Assembly: GCA_964609585.1 (NCBI GenBank)
Contig: CAZSRA010000001.1
Span: 45,816-109,815 of the forward strand
DNA length: 64,000 nucleotides
Origin: an uncultured Candidatus Saccharimonadales bacterium
GTDB taxonomy: Bacteria > Patescibacteriota > Saccharimonadia > UBA4664
Direction: 5' to 3'
Every line of letters starts with the position of its first letter. The stretch's first letter is position 1. Under the pieces are notes generated by a model. That model was not told the origin of the DNA and made no database searches. It was given only the letters and a program-made list of their open reading frames with translations. The position numbers and the translations under genes were made by a program. This document shows, piece after piece, positions 49,428-59,673 of the stretch.

Positions 49428-50243
49428 TTATTGCTTTTTTGTCAACCTAAAGCCGAGGATGAAATAGCCTTGTTCGATAGGATGTAGATGGTGTTTGGCG
49501 GCTTCGGTGATGAGGCTTTCGTGTTGCCAGGGATCGCATTCGGTGAAAAGATGGCCGCCAGCGGCTAAATGTGCGGGAAGGTCTTTTAGGAAGCGACGAT
49601 AGAGATCAAGGCCGTCTTGGCCGCCGAAGAGAGCGACAGCGGGTTCTTTCGTGACTTCGGGCATGAGATCAGCATCAGTACGAAGGTAGGGGAGGTTGGT
49701 GACGATAGTGTCGTAGGTGCCAGGGACGTTTTGCCAGAGATCGGATTCGATGAGGGTGATGCTGGCGTGGTGCTTTCGGGCATTACGACGGGCAATGTCT
49801 AGTGCTTCGGGGCTGATTTCGGTGGCAGTGATGGCGAGATCTGGCCGGTGAGCAGCAATGGCTATCGCGATGGCACCGGAGCCGGTACCAATGTCGATAA
49901 GACGGGAATCTTTGGGCGTATATTTAATGGCCCAGTCGACGATTTGCTCGGTTTCGACGCGGGGTGTGAGGACGTCCGGGGTAATGATTATATCTAGGCC
50001 ATAAAACTCGCGGGTGCCGGTGAGGTGAACAACGGGGGTGTGCTCGGAACGGCGCGAAATGTAAGCTTCGAAATCGGCTTCTTGGTGGAGGGTGAGGATT
50101 TCGTCGTCGTGGGCGAGAAGCCACGCGCGATCGCGGCGGAGAGTGTGGGCAAGCAAAAGCTCGGCGTCTAAGCGGGCGCCGGCAATATTTTGGCTCTCTA
50201 GGAATGTAATGGCGGCGATGAGGGCTTCACGAACGGTACTCAC
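49428..50243 (-). CDS. prmC: Release factor glutamine methyltransferase
   Basis: PRVETE, IDIGTGSGAIA, NLPY, ALFGGQDGLD. Confidence 0.95.
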   Translation of the reverse strand: MSTVREALIAAITFLESQNIAGARLDAELLLAHTLRRDRAWLLAHDDEILTLHQEADFEAYISRRSEHTPVVHLTGTREFYGLDIIITPDVLTPRVETEQIVDWAIKYTPKDSRLIDIGTGSGAIAIAIAAHRPDLAITATEISPEALDIARRNARKHHASITLIESDLWQNVPGTYDTIVTNLPYLRTDADLMPEVTKEPAVALFGGQDGLDLYRRFLKDLPAHLAAGGHLFTECDPWQHESLITEAAKHHLHPIEQGYFILGFRLTKKQ

Positions 50244-50779
50244 GGGGCGGTTTTGAGGTGGGCAACGAGGGCGGCAACAACATCCTTGAGGGGTTTGGTG
50301 GCGTCGATGGTAATGGCGCCGAGAGAAGCCATTTTTTCTTTGAATGGGGCTGCCCAGCGGATGAGTTGTTGTTGTTCTTCGACGCGCTGACCGAAGCTGT
50401 GATCGGTTTTGCTGCCGGTGACGCGCTCGATCATAATATTTTCTGGGATATCGAGGTAAAAGACATTGGCGAAGAGATCCCAGGCTTTGTCGATGTTGCC
50501 GGCGTTGCCGAAGAGGAGGATAGGGCTAGGTGAGTCTTCGAGGGTTCCGATGAGTTTTTTGAGGCGGTCAATTTCCCATACGTAGGAATGATTTGCCCAC
50601 CAGGCGGCATCGGCGCCTTGAGGGTAGGGGACGGGTTTGCCGGCTTTATTGATGAAATAGCAGAGGCCGGGGGTGCTGTCGGCTTCAATGCACGTATAGC
50701 CTAGATCATTAAAATGATCTGATAAGGCGGTCTTGCCTGAACCCGAGGGCCCAGTAATTAAGTAGACGGGTTGGTTCAT
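50240..50779 (-). CDS. P-loop kinase (nucleoside/shikimate kinase-like)
   Basis: [10 protein letters not shown]; IDATKPL; overlaps both neighbours by 4 nt. Confidence 0.8.
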   Translation of the reverse strand: MNQPVYLITGPSGSGKTALSDHFNDLGYTCIEADSTPGLCYFINKAGKPVPYPQGADAAWWANHSYVWEIDRLKKLIGTLEDSPSPILLFGNAGNIDKAWDLFANVFYLDIPENIMIERVTGSKTDHSFGQRVEEQQQLIRWAAPFKEKMASLGAITIDATKPLKDVVAALVAHLKTAP

Positions 50780-51837
50780 GTGGCGGCCTGCTCCAGCTTG
50801 AGACGCAGATCTTCACTGCGAAGGGCTTCTAGCATATCAGATATTTGTCCAATCATAAAGCCCGGCAAGCCATGTTGGGTGCGGCTGATGCGATGATCGG
50901 TGACACGGTCTTGCGGAAAATTGTAAGTGCGGATTTTTTCGGAGCGGTCGCCGGTGCCAATTTGACCGAGGCGAGCCTCGCGATTTTCGCGTTGTTCGTC
51001 TTCGAGCTTTTGAGCGAGAAGGCGTGAGCGCAAGACGCCCATGGCTTTGAGTTTGTTTTTAAGCTGGGATTTTTCATCCTGGCAGGTAACGACGAGCCCG
51101 GAGGGAATGTGTGTGATGCGAACGGCAGAGTCGGTAGTGTTTACCGACTGGCCGCCGTGGCCGCCGGAGCGGTAGACGTCGATGCGCAGATCGGACTCTT
51201 TGATCTCGAGATCGGTTTCTTCAGCCTCGGGCAGGACGGCGACGGTGACGGTAGAGGTATGGATGCGCCCGCCGGATTCGGTTTCGGGGACGCGCTGCAC
51301 ACGGTGCACACCGGATTCGTACTTGAGCCAGCCGTAAGCCTCGGTGCCTTTGACTTCGAAGATAATTTCTTTGTAGCCGCCAACGTCGGAGGGGGATTCA
51401 GATACAAGCTCGATGCGCCAGCCGGGCCTAGTTTCAATGTAGCGGGCGTACATGCGGTAGAGCTCCCCGGCAAAGAGGCTGGCTTCGTCGCCACCGGCGC
51501 CGGCGCGGATTTCGACGATGGCGTTTTTGGCATCGGCTGGGTCTTTTGGAACGAGGGCGAGGCGGAGGTCGTCGTTTACGGCAACGAGAGCGGCTTCGAG
51601 ATCGGGGATCTCGGCTTGGGCGAGCTCGCCCAGCTCAGGGTCGGTGGCCATTTCCTGGTTTTGAGCCAGATGGTCGGCGATTTGGGCGCGGCGGTCGTAG
51701 AGTGTAATGAGGGGGGTGAGTTCGGCCTGACGTTTGGCAAGGCTGACCATTTCGGGGGTGCCAAAAAGACTCGGTTCAGTCATACGAGAGGCGAGATCTT
51801 CGGTTTCGGCGCGGATTTTTTGTTCGGTAGGGTCCAT
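50776..51837 (-). CDS. prfA: Peptide chain release factor 1
   Basis: GGQ; RVQRVPETE (PxT); [11 protein letters not shown]; RTYNFPQ. Confidence 0.97.
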   Translation of the reverse strand: MDPTEQKIRAETEDLASRMTEPSLFGTPEMVSLAKRQAELTPLITLYDRRAQIADHLAQNQEMATDPELGELAQAEIPDLEAALVAVNDDLRLALVPKDPADAKNAIVEIRAGAGGDEASLFAGELYRMYARYIETRPGWRIELVSESPSDVGGYKEIIFEVKGTEAYGWLKYESGVHRVQRVPETESGGRIHTSTVTVAVLPEAEETDLEIKESDLRIDVYRSGGHGGQSVNTTDSAVRITHIPSGLVVTCQDEKSQLKNKLKAMGVLRSRLLAQKLEDEQRENREARLGQIGTGDRSEKIRTYNFPQDRVTDHRISRTQHGLPGFMIGQISDMLEALRSEDLRLKLEQAAT

Positions 51838-51873
51838 GGTGTCCTCAGGGTGGTTTCTTGTACCTTTGGCTAA

Positions 51874-51912
51874 CAAAAAACGCTCGTCAACTAATATTGT
51901 ATCAGAGCGTTT
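51874..51912 (-). terminator. Probable terminator after rpmE
   Basis: Minus strand AAACGCTC...GAGCGTTTTTTG. Confidence 0.5.
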
Positions 51913-51923
51913 GAGGAGAGGGG

Positions 51924-52244
51924 CTAAGCTTCAGCAGTGGTGTCGGTGTCGACGGTGTCGGCCTGGAGTTCTTCTTGAATTTTAGCCACTTCCGGATCTG
52001 CTTTTTTGTTTGTGGTGGCGGCTTTGGCTTCGGCGCGCTTGGTAGCTTCGGCCTGGCGAGCCTTGAATTTGTCGACGCGGCCAGCGGTGTCGATGAGTTT
52101 TTGCTTACCCGTATAGAAGGGGTGGCAGTTGGAGCAAATTTCCACGTTAATCTCAGCCACAGTGGAGTGGCTCTTGAAGGTGGTGTTGCAACCGTTGCAG
52201 TGAACGGTGGTTTCGAAGACTTCGGGGTGGATGGCGGTTTTCAT
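51924..52244 (-). CDS. rpmE: 50S ribosomal protein L31 (Zn type) with acidic C-terminal extension
   Basis: [29 protein letters not shown]. Confidence 0.96.
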   Translation of the reverse strand: MKTAIHPEVFETTVHCNGCNTTFKSHSTVAEINVEICSNCHPFYTGKQKLIDTAGRVDKFKARQAEATKRAEAKAATTNKKADPEVAKIQEELQADTVDTDTTAEA

Positions 52245-52310
52245 AACTTGGTGATTGTACCTGATATATGTGCGGTGGTCAAGGCTTGTGTGGGCAATGA
52301 TTGCGGTTGG

Positions 52311-52348
52311 GCCAGACGAAGCGAGCACGAGGCTCGGCTTCGTCTGGC
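52311..52348. terminator. GC-rich hairpin downstream of the small gene
   Basis: GCCAGACGAAGC-GAGC-ACGAG-GCTC-G-GCTTCGTCTGGC. Confidence 0.65.
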
Positions 52349-52382
52349 GGGGCTTGCCGGCGGCGGATGCGGCCGGAGCGGT

Positions 52383-52580
52383 TTACTCGCTGACGGGCCG
52401 GACGTCGGTCGGGCGAACGGTGAGATGGTCGCCTGCGAGGTCATCGAGGTTGACGGCGATTCGGTCTCCCCCTATCCGTGCGATCGTGGCGTCGGTGCCC
52501 GCCGGAGCCATGTCGACATAGCTGGTTCTGACCGGCTTGGTCAGCTGCACGTGATCGCCGACTTTGAGCCTAGTACTCAT
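52383..52580 (-). CDS. 65-aa small protein, SH3/KOW-like barrel
   Basis: MSTRLKVGDHVQL...PAGTDATIARI; GAGGAG SD 5 nt before the ATG. Confidence 0.65.
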   Translation of the reverse strand: MSTRLKVGDHVQLTKPVRTSYVDMAPAGTDATIARIGGDRIAVNLDDLAGDHLTVRPTDVRPVSE

Positions 52581-52793
52581 GTATGCTCCTCGGTTGGAGG
52601 TAGTGTGCGGGCGCCCACTGAAATTTCTTGTAGGCTTTGATATTAAGCTGGAATGAATGTGTAAAGTCAATGCCTAGGCTTTTCATTTATAGTTGTTTCT
52701 GCTAAAGTACATGGGCTAAGTATTTTTTTAATGAATCAGTACGGCCGTAATCCTCCCGCTCGGGTGGTCGTATGAAGATGAAAGGACACAATT

Positions 52794-53516
52794 ATGGCTG
52801 ATGTAAGCCTAAAAGAATTACTGGAGGCTGGAGCTCACTTTGGGCACCAGACTCGTCGTTGGAATCCGAAGATGAAGCCTTATATCTTTGGCGTTCGCGG
52901 TGGCGTACACATTTTGGACCTCACGCAAACAGGCGTAATGCTCAAAGAGGCGACCGATTTTGCTCGTAAAACAGCGGCAAATGGTGGCAAGGTACTGCTC
53001 GTGGGCACGAAGCGCCAAGCGATGCCGGTAGTGAAGGAGATTGCAGAAACCAATGGCTTGCCGTTTGTGACTGAGCGCTGGCTCGGTGGTATGCTCACGA
53101 ACTTCCGTACGATTCGGTTGCAGGTGCAGCGTTTGAAGAAGCTGGAAGCCGGCATGGACAGCGGTGATTTTGCTTCTAAGTACAACAAGAAAGAGCTGCT
53201 CGATTTCTCGAACGAAATTGCGGCCTTGACCCGGGTATTTGGTGGCATTAAGCACATGGACGGTCTGCCTGGTGCAATATTTGTAGTGGACGTGCCAAAA
53301 GAGAGTATTGCGGTAGCTGAGGCGCGCAAACTGGGTATTCCGGTGATTGCGATTGTGGATAGCAATGCTGATCCAGATCTCGTGGATTACAAAATCCCAG
53401 CCAACGACGATGCTATTAAAGCGGTGCGGGTTATTACGCAAGCTATCGCCGAGGCGGCGGCTGAGGGCACCAAACTTCATGCAAGTAAAGCGGCCGATAA
53501 GGCGGTGGAGGTTTAA
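52794..53516 (+). CDS. rpsB: 30S ribosomal protein S2
   Basis: [36 protein letters not shown]. Confidence 0.98.
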   Translation: MADVSLKELLEAGAHFGHQTRRWNPKMKPYIFGVRGGVHILDLTQTGVMLKEATDFARKTAANGGKVLLVGTKRQAMPVVKEIAETNGLPFVTERWLGGMLTNFRTIRLQVQRLKKLEAGMDSGDFASKYNKKELLDFSNEIAALTRVFGGIKHMDGLPGAIFVVDVPKESIAVAEARKLGIPVIAIVDSNADPDLVDYKIPANDDAIKAVRVITQAIAEAAAEGTKLHASKAADKAVEV

Positions 53517-53517
53517 G

Positions 53518-54105
53518 ATGGCGATCGCTGTAGAAGACATTAAGAAGCTGCGCGACCAGACGGGTGCTGGCATGATGAAAGCTAAAGAAGCTTTGGAGCA
53601 CGCTGAGGGCGATTTTGATAAGGCCGTGAAGTACCTGCGCGAAAAGGGTGAAGCGACGGCCGCGAAAAAGAGCGACCGCGAAGCCCGCGCTGGCCTCATT
53701 GAAAGCTATGTGCACGGCGGTCGGATTGGTGTACTCGTGGAAGTGAACTGCGAGACCGATTTTGTGGCTCGCACTGAAGACTTTAAGACGTTTGTGCGCG
53801 ACATCGCTATGCATATTGCGGCGAGTGCGCCCCAGTACTTGAACGCCGAGGCGGTGCCGGCAGATGTGGTTGAGAGTGAAAAGGGGATTTACCGCAAAGA
53901 GGTTGAAGGAAAACCTGCAGAGATTATTGAAAAGATTGTGGACGGGAAGCTGGCCAAGTTTTATGAGCAGGTTTGTCTGGTAAACCAGCCGTTTGTGAAA
54001 GATCCGGATGTCACGATTGGAAAATTGACTACTGACTTGATCGCGAAATTGGGAGAGAATATTGTCATTCGCCGGTATGAGCGAATGGAACTTGGAGGCG
54101 TATGA
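53518..54105 (+). CDS. tsf: Elongation factor Ts (short 195-aa form)
   Basis: [21 protein letters not shown]; ATG 53518. Confidence 0.97.
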   Translation: MAIAVEDIKKLRDQTGAGMMKAKEALEHAEGDFDKAVKYLREKGEATAAKKSDREARAGLIESYVHGGRIGVLVEVNCETDFVARTEDFKTFVRDIAMHIAASAPQYLNAEAVPADVVESEKGIYRKEVEGKPAEIIEKIVDGKLAKFYEQVCLVNQPFVKDPDVTIGKLTTDLIAKLGENIVIRRYERMELGGV

Positions 54106-54662
54106 TTCGAGCATTAGTTGAAGAAGCCGGTCCGAAGATGGAGAAGGCGGTCGCGCATTTTGGGGAAGACCTGAAGAGTTTGCGTACGGGCCGAGCATCG
54201 GTGAGTTTACTCGACGGCATTATGGTAGAGCTTTATGGGGCAGTGCAGCCGCTGAAGGCAGTTGCGAGTGTGAACACGCCGGATGCGCGCACGATCGCCG
54301 TGGCACCGTGGGATAAGGGTGCGATGGGGCCGATTGAAAAGGCGATTCGTGAGAACCAGGCGCTGGGGCTCAATCCGAGTAGTGATGGCAATGTGATTCG
54401 CATGAGTATTCCACCGTTGACTGAAGAACGGCGGCGGGAAATCGTGAAGAGCTTGGGTGGCAAGGTGGAAGATTGCCGGATTGCGCTGCGCAACATCCGC
54501 CACGAAGTGCTCAACGAGGTGAAGCGACTGGAGAAGGCCAAAGAAGCCACTACAGATGATATCAAGTTTGCCGAAAACGAACTCAACAAGAAGATTGAGC
54601 AATTTCAGCGCAAAATCGAAGAGCTCGAAGCGGCTAAGGCCAAGGAGATCATGGAGGTCTAG
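54102..54662 (+). CDS. frr: Ribosome recycling factor
   Basis: [24 protein letters not shown]. Confidence 0.97.
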   Translation: MIRALVEEAGPKMEKAVAHFGEDLKSLRTGRASVSLLDGIMVELYGAVQPLKAVASVNTPDARTIAVAPWDKGAMGPIEKAIRENQALGLNPSSDGNVIRMSIPPLTEERRREIVKSLGGKVEDCRIALRNIRHEVLNEVKRLEKAKEATTDDIKFAENELNKKIEQFQRKIEELEAAKAKEIMEV

Positions 54663-54665
54663 CTT

Positions 54666-55373
54666 TTGAATGAGGGCGATGCATCTTATGGTGATACGCC
54701 GGTTCATTTGGGGCTGATTCTTGATGGGAACCGGCGTTGGGCCAGGGAGAGGGGACTGCCGGCACTCGAGGGGCACCGACGAGGTTACGACCGACTTCAC
54801 GCCGTAGCGCGAGCCGCCGCCGATAAAGGGGTGCGTTATATTTCGGCCTACGTTTTTTCGACGGAAAATTGGAGTCGCACGCAGGAAGAGGTCGATTTTT
54901 TGATGGACTTGTTGCTCTGGGTGGTGAAGCATGAGGTCGACAAATTTGTGAAAGAGGGTCTGCGGATCGTATTCTTGGGCTCAAAAGAACGGCTATCCGC
55001 AAAGGTGCTCCAGGCGATACTGGCAGCTGAGACAAAGACGAGAGACGGCGCACGGGCAGTGGTAGCCTTGTGTTTTAATTACGGTGGAGAGATGGAGCTC
55101 GCTGAGGCAGCGGCCGGGCTGGTGCGTGATGGAGTGCCGGCAGTGGAAGTGACGCCCAGGAAGTTGGCTGAGTATTTGTATCATCCTGAAATCCCGCCGG
55201 TAGATCTTATAATTCGAACATCGGGTGAACAGCGGCTTAGTGGATTTATGCTGTGGCGAGCGAGCTATGCTGAATTGTACTTTACTGAGGTGCTTTGGCC
55301 GGCTTTTGGTGTGGCAGATTTGGACGCAGCTTTAGCGGAGTATGGTAGGCGCAAGCGTCGGTTTGGGAAATAG
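54666..55373 (+). CDS. uppS: Undecaprenyl-diphosphate synthase (cis-prenyltransferase)
   Basis: ILDGNRRWA, FSTENWSR, IRTSGEQRLSGF. Confidence 0.96.
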   Translation: MNEGDASYGDTPVHLGLILDGNRRWARERGLPALEGHRRGYDRLHAVARAAADKGVRYISAYVFSTENWSRTQEEVDFLMDLLLWVVKHEVDKFVKEGLRIVFLGSKERLSAKVLQAILAAETKTRDGARAVVALCFNYGGEMELAEAAAGLVRDGVPAVEVTPRKLAEYLYHPEIPPVDLIIRTSGEQRLSGFMLWRASYAELYFTEVLWPAFGVADLDAALAEYGRRKRRFGK

Positions 55374-55398
55374 TTAACATCGGGTACAATGAGAGAGA

Positions 55399-56511
55399 AT
55401 GTTAACCATTGTAGTTGTCATTATTTTGTTTTCGTTGCTCGTGATTTTGCACGAGTGGGGTCATTTCATTATGGCGCGACGTGGGGGTGTGGAGGTCGAG
55501 GAATTTGGCATTGGTTTTCCGCCACGGATCGGGGGCAAAAAGGTAGGCAAAACCTTTTACTCGGTGAACTGGCTGCCTTTGGGCGGATTTGTAAGGCTTA
55601 AAGGTGAAGATGCGAGTGAGGTGGGGCCGGGGACGTTTAGCGAGGCTAGCTATGGCGTGAAGGCCCGAGTATTACTGGCGGGCGTGGGGATGAATTTGCT
55701 GACGGCTGTGGTGATTTTGTATGGGCTGTGTGTGATTGGTCTGCCGGCACTGGGGGCATCGTTTGAACCTAGCTTTTTGAAGCATACCTATGCCCAGACG
55801 CCAAGACTTACGCTAACGGAGGTGACGAGCGGTTCACCAGCTGCGCAGGCCGGTCTAGTGCGAGGAGATTTTTTACTCAAAGCTAACGATACGGTCTTGT
55901 CCGATGACGGGGTTTTGCGAACCTTTACCAAAGAACATGCTGGCCAGAATGTGGTACTTACAGTGCAGTCTGGCGAGGCGATCCGCAGCGTGGTGGTGAA
56001 GCTTCGGCCGGCATCGGCTGGATCTGCGTTTTTGGGTGTGGCCGGCCAGCAGGTGTATAAGCTGCGGTATGATCCTTTAAGAGCTGTTGTGGCGGCTTTC
56101 TACATTACGGGGGCTTTGTTTGTGGCAACGATTGCGGGGGTCTTTGAGCTTATTATCCATTTGCCCCAACTCATTTTTGGATTGTTTGCGACGACGGTGC
56201 CTAAGGCAGCCGAGAGCGCTTCGGGTCCACTCGGGATTATTTATATTCTGAAGAGTTTGTCGTCGCTTGGATATAGCTATATTTTCTTATTTATGGCAAA
56301 CATTGCGGTGGCGCTGGCGGCTTTTAACGTCTTGCCGTTGCCGGCGCTCGATGGCGGGAGACTTGCAATTATCTCGGCGCAGCGCTTTTTGAAGCGCCAG
56401 ATTTCGGCAGATACGGAAGCCAGGATTCATGCGACGGGGTTTTTGGCTCTCATTGGGCTTATGCTGGTTGTAAGCATATATGACGTGCGAAAGATTTTCT
56501 TTCATGGCTAA
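55399..56511 (+). CDS. rseP: Site-2 protease RseP (M50) with PDZ
   Basis: HEWGH, LPLGGFV, NVLPLPALDGG. Confidence 0.93.
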   Translation: MLTIVVVIILFSLLVILHEWGHFIMARRGGVEVEEFGIGFPPRIGGKKVGKTFYSVNWLPLGGFVRLKGEDASEVGPGTFSEASYGVKARVLLAGVGMNLLTAVVILYGLCVIGLPALGASFEPSFLKHTYAQTPRLTLTEVTSGSPAAQAGLVRGDFLLKANDTVLSDDGVLRTFTKEHAGQNVVLTVQSGEAIRSVVVKLRPASAGSAFLGVAGQQVYKLRYDPLRAVVAAFYITGALFVATIAGVFELIIHLPQLIFGLFATTVPKAAESASGPLGIIYILKSLSSLGYSYIFLFMANIAVALAAFNVLPLPALDGGRLAIISAQRFLKRQISADTEARIHATGFLALIGLMLVVSIYDVRKIFFHG

Positions 56512-57253
56512 ATGGTTCGGAAGAAAAAAACGCGAAGTCCCGGATTTTTTACAAGTGCCTTGGGGTGTTCGCGACGTGCTGGTGTTTATTGGTCTTTGGA
56601 TTGGACTGCAGATTTTGATTGGCGGGATTCTGGCTCTCACAGCGAGCAAGGTTCCGGCGGTGAAGATGTTTTGGGTGGGCGCTCAAAATGGCGAGATGGT
56701 AGCTTCATTCGTTATGTATTTGGTGAGTGTGGCGGTGGGCTTTGGGCTGGTAGGCTTGTTTCTGCGCCGGTATAAGGTGAACTGGCGAACAGTGGGTTGG
56801 CGCAAGGTGGGGGTGGGGAGAGCTATGAAGTATCTCCTCGGAGTTTTAGTAGTCTTTGTGGTTTTGGCCAATTTAGCTTTGGTAGCAGCAAAATTTTTGT
56901 TTCCGGGTTTTAATGCGGATCAGCCCCAAACGAATGACTTTATTTCGGGAGCGGGAGTAAATCATACTTTGGCGCTGGTGGCGCTTGTGATTTTGCCGCC
57001 GATTTTTGAGGAGACGATTTTTCGAGGTTTTTTGTTTCCGGCGTTGTCGAAACGCGGCGGGGTAATATGGGGTGCGGTACTATCCTCGATGATTTTTGGA
57101 GCAGCGCATGGACAGCCGAATCTGTTTGTATATACCTCAATCTTGGGGCTATTGCTGTGCTTTATGTACATGCGGCTACGGAGTATTGTGCCGGGCATTT
57201 TTTTGCACATGCTCAATAATTATTTGGCTTTCATTGCGTTGTCCGGGAAATAG
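56504..57253 (+). CDS. CPBP (Abi/CAAX) intramembrane protease
   Basis: EETIFRG, FGAAH, HMLNN. Confidence 0.9.
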   Translation: MAKWFGRKKREVPDFLQVPWGVRDVLVFIGLWIGLQILIGGILALTASKVPAVKMFWVGAQNGEMVASFVMYLVSVAVGFGLVGLFLRRYKVNWRTVGWRKVGVGRAMKYLLGVLVVFVVLANLALVAAKFLFPGFNADQPQTNDFISGAGVNHTLALVALVILPPIFEETIFRGFLFPALSKRGGVIWGAVLSSMIFGAAHGQPNLFVYTSILGLLLCFMYMRLRSIVPGIFLHMLNNYLAFIALSGK

Positions 57254-57257
57254 TTTT

Positions 57258-57286
57258 TTGACTTGAGGTGAATTGTTCGTTATAGT
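57258..57286 (+). promoter_or_regulatory. Sigma70 promoter of the proS leader
   Basis: TTGACT-17 nt-TATAGT. Confidence 0.8.
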
Positions 57287-57292
57287 TGGGCA

Positions 57293-57467
57293 CAAAGCTG
57301 TGAAGGGGTATCCCGCCCTGGAGCTGCCGGCGATGAGCCGTGTCGGGTGCACCCGTAACAAGCGTAATTTGAGGCCGCAGTTGTCTGCGGTGAAGGCAGG
57401 ATGGTACCACGAGTGAAGCCTCGTTCTTGCTAAACACTTCTTTGTGTTTGGTTGGAACGAGGTTTTT
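57293..57467 (+). promoter_or_regulatory. T-box riboswitch (Pro), transcriptional, ultrashort stem I
   Basis: Antiterminator GCAGGA-TGGTACC-ACGAG...CTCGTTCTTGC; overlapping terminator CCTCGTTC...GAACGAGGTTTTT; stem III CCGCAG/CTGCGG; stem I loop GTATCCCG. Confidence 0.88.
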
Positions 57468-57486
57468 AACGTTTTAAGGAGAGATT

Positions 57487-58728
57487 ATGAAATTATCACA
57501 GACATTTGTGCGGCCAACGAAAACGGTGAGTGGTGACGGGGACACACTGAATTATCAGCTGCTGACGAAGGGTGGTTTTGTGGACCAGTTGATGGCGGGG
57601 GTCTATACGTATTTGCCGCTCGGCCTTCGGGTGCTACGAAACATTGAGCAGATTGTGCGCGAAGAAATGGACGGGCTGGGGGCCGAGGAGATTCTGATGC
57701 CAACATTGCATCCAAAGGTACCATGGGTGACCACGGGTGGATGGGACAACATTGATGTTTTGTTTAAGATTAAAAGTCGTACGGGTAACGATTACGCGCT
57801 GGGCCAGAGTGAGGAAGAGGTAGTGACGCCGGTGGTGATGAGCCGGGTGGTGAGCTACAAGCAGTTGCCACAGAAGGTGTACCAAATTCACTGGAAATAC
57901 CGGGATGAGCTGCGAGCGAAGAGCGGGATAATGCGCGGGCGCGAGTTCTTTATGAAGGATATGTATTCGTTTCATACGAGCCAGGAGGATTTTGACAAGT
58001 TTTATGCCGAGGTGAAGGCGGCCTATTTGCGGATTTATAAGCGGCTGGGACTTACGGCTAAGGTAACAGAGGCTTCGGGAGGAGCTTTTACTACGAAGGT
58101 GTCATACGAATTTATGGTGCTGACGGATGCGGGTGAGGATGACATTTTGTACTGTGAGAAGTGCGATTTTTGCGTAAACACCGAGATTGCCAAGGTGAAG
58201 GAAGGGGACGAATGTCCGCTTGGTAAGGATGGCAAGCTGAAAATGGCACGGGCGAGTGAGGTGGGGAATGTATTTGATCTGGGACGCAAGTATGGTAAGG
58301 ATTTTGATCTGGGCTATGTGGACGAGCACGACCAGAAACAGTATCCGATTATGGGCTGTTATGGGATTGGTATTTCGCGTGTGATGGGGGTGATTGTGGA
58401 AAAATATGCCGATGAGAAGGGGATTGTGTGGCCCAAGACGGTGGCACCGGCGGCGGTTCATGTGGTGCGGCTTGGTACGGATAAAGAGGTGATCCAGGCA
58501 GCCGATAACTTGTATAGTGAGCTGACGAAGGCTGGCATTGCGACATTGTACGACGACCGAGACGCGCCGGCTGGTGCGAAATTTGCGGATGCGGATTTGA
58601 TTGGCGTGCCGATTCGCTTGACGCTGAGCACGCGAACATTGGCGCAGAAGCAGGTAGAACTAAAGCGGCGTAGTAGCGAACAGGTGGAGATGGTGGACTT
58701 GGCTGAGGTTTTGAAAAAGCTAAGCTAG
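57487..58728 (+). CDS. proS: Proline--tRNA ligase (short, no INS editing domain)
   Basis: GVYTYLPLG, YRDELR...GIMRGREFFMKD, MGCYGIG, KFADADLIG. Confidence 0.95.
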   Translation: MKLSQTFVRPTKTVSGDGDTLNYQLLTKGGFVDQLMAGVYTYLPLGLRVLRNIEQIVREEMDGLGAEEILMPTLHPKVPWVTTGGWDNIDVLFKIKSRTGNDYALGQSEEEVVTPVVMSRVVSYKQLPQKVYQIHWKYRDELRAKSGIMRGREFFMKDMYSFHTSQEDFDKFYAEVKAAYLRIYKRLGLTAKVTEASGGAFTTKVSYEFMVLTDAGEDDILYCEKCDFCVNTEIAKVKEGDECPLGKDGKLKMARASEVGNVFDLGRKYGKDFDLGYVDEHDQKQYPIMGCYGIGISRVMGVIVEKYADEKGIVWPKTVAPAAVHVVRLGTDKEVIQAADNLYSELTKAGIATLYDDRDAPAGAKFADADLIGVPIRLTLSTRTLAQKQVELKRRSSEQVEMVDLAEVLKKLS

Positions 58729-58753
58729 TGAACTTCGACATAAAGCGGCTCAA

Positions 58754-58791
58754 CGGCCCACAGCGAAAGATTTCTCTTTCACTGTGGGCCG
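58754..58791 (-). terminator. 17-bp hairpin with GAAA tetraloop on the minus strand, no U-tract
   Basis: Minus strand CGGCCCACAGUGAAAGA-GAAA-UCUUUCGCUGUGGGCCG (one U-G pair). Confidence 0.7.
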
Positions 58792-58821
58792 CATGGGGGC
58801 CGGGTGTTGAGCGCACTCTCT

Positions 58822-59571
58822 CTACGAGGTCGGGTACTGGAGGTTCCCTGAGTCTACCGGATCGAGATTGTCGGCACACACAGCTTGTACGAAGTGTGGT
58901 AGTGTCTCGACCCATCCAGGACAGGGGCTGTCCAAGACCTCGTTGGCTGGATGAGAACAGAAGAATTTCTCCGTCTTCAGGTCGTGTGTTCGGCCGATGT
59001 AGGGAGCGTCGCAGTTTCGGGTGAACAAGCTGGCTTTTGTGGCTACCAGCTTGGTTCCGCCGTCTTCGACCGCATAGATCTCGCCCGAGGGGCAGATGAA
59101 GCCCCGATGGATGAACGGCGAGATCGAGTGCCCTGTCTCGGTGGGCGGCATTATGGAGCCGATGGCACCGGAGCCGTCGAGCCCGCCATTGTCGAGCAAC
59201 ACATCGATGATGTGAGAGGGATCCGTGGTCGACGGGTAGCCGCCCTTCACGATGGCGGCGTCGGACTGGTCGTGCGTGAGCGTGGCAACGGTGCTTGCGT
59301 TGCAGCTCATAGTGGCGGCGTCGGCGATGTTGCCGCCGGTGGGTAGGGCCGGCGGCGGCGAGGCGGTGAGCGGTGCTTGTCCGCCTTCCACGCCAAAGCC
59401 GGGTTGGGGCGATGCCGACGTCTGAGACGCGGGAGCCGGTACGCCGACGACGGCGATGGACTGGGTGGTGGGCTTGCTGGCGCAGCCAGCGGCAGAAACA
59501 AGTACAGCTATTGCAGCCACGACCGCTGCGATGAGAGTGCGAACGTGTCGAAGAGCTTTCGGAGGTCGCAT
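58822..59571 (-). CDS. Predicted lipoprotein, GC-rich, unknown function
   Basis: AAGGAGGAGG SD; basic N-terminus + hydrophobic core + AAGC lipobox; Pro-rich linker; several Cys. Confidence 0.7.
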   Translation of the reverse strand: MRPPKALRHVRTLIAAVVAAIAVLVSAAGCASKPTTQSIAVVGVPAPASQTSASPQPGFGVEGGQAPLTASPPPALPTGGNIADAATMSCNASTVATLTHDQSDAAIVKGGYPSTTDPSHIIDVLLDNGGLDGSGAIGSIMPPTETGHSISPFIHRGFICPSGEIYAVEDGGTKLVATKASLFTRNCDAPYIGRTHDLKTEKFFCSHPANEVLDSPCPGWVETLPHFVQAVCADNLDPVDSGNLQYPTS

Positions 59572-59673
59572 GACCTCCTCCTTTCGAGATAGATCATGGA
59601 CAACGCGATTGATGTATTTATAGAATGACTTGCCAGTAAAAGTCAAGATGATTTTACTACAAAGTATCTCGAG

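Noticed and set aside
52738-52773. S2 autoregulatory leader hairpin before rpsB
   Set aside because: Only a weak stem (gtacggcc...ggtcgtat); not enough support to call.
53347-53517. Long N-terminal extensions of tsf (also rpmE, prfA, lepB) in the ORF track
   Set aside because: These are upstream alternative starts; family homology or promoter position supports the later ATGs.
58728-59024. Plus-strand ORF after proS
   Set aside because: It crosses a hairpin and overlaps the better-supported minus-strand lipoprotein.
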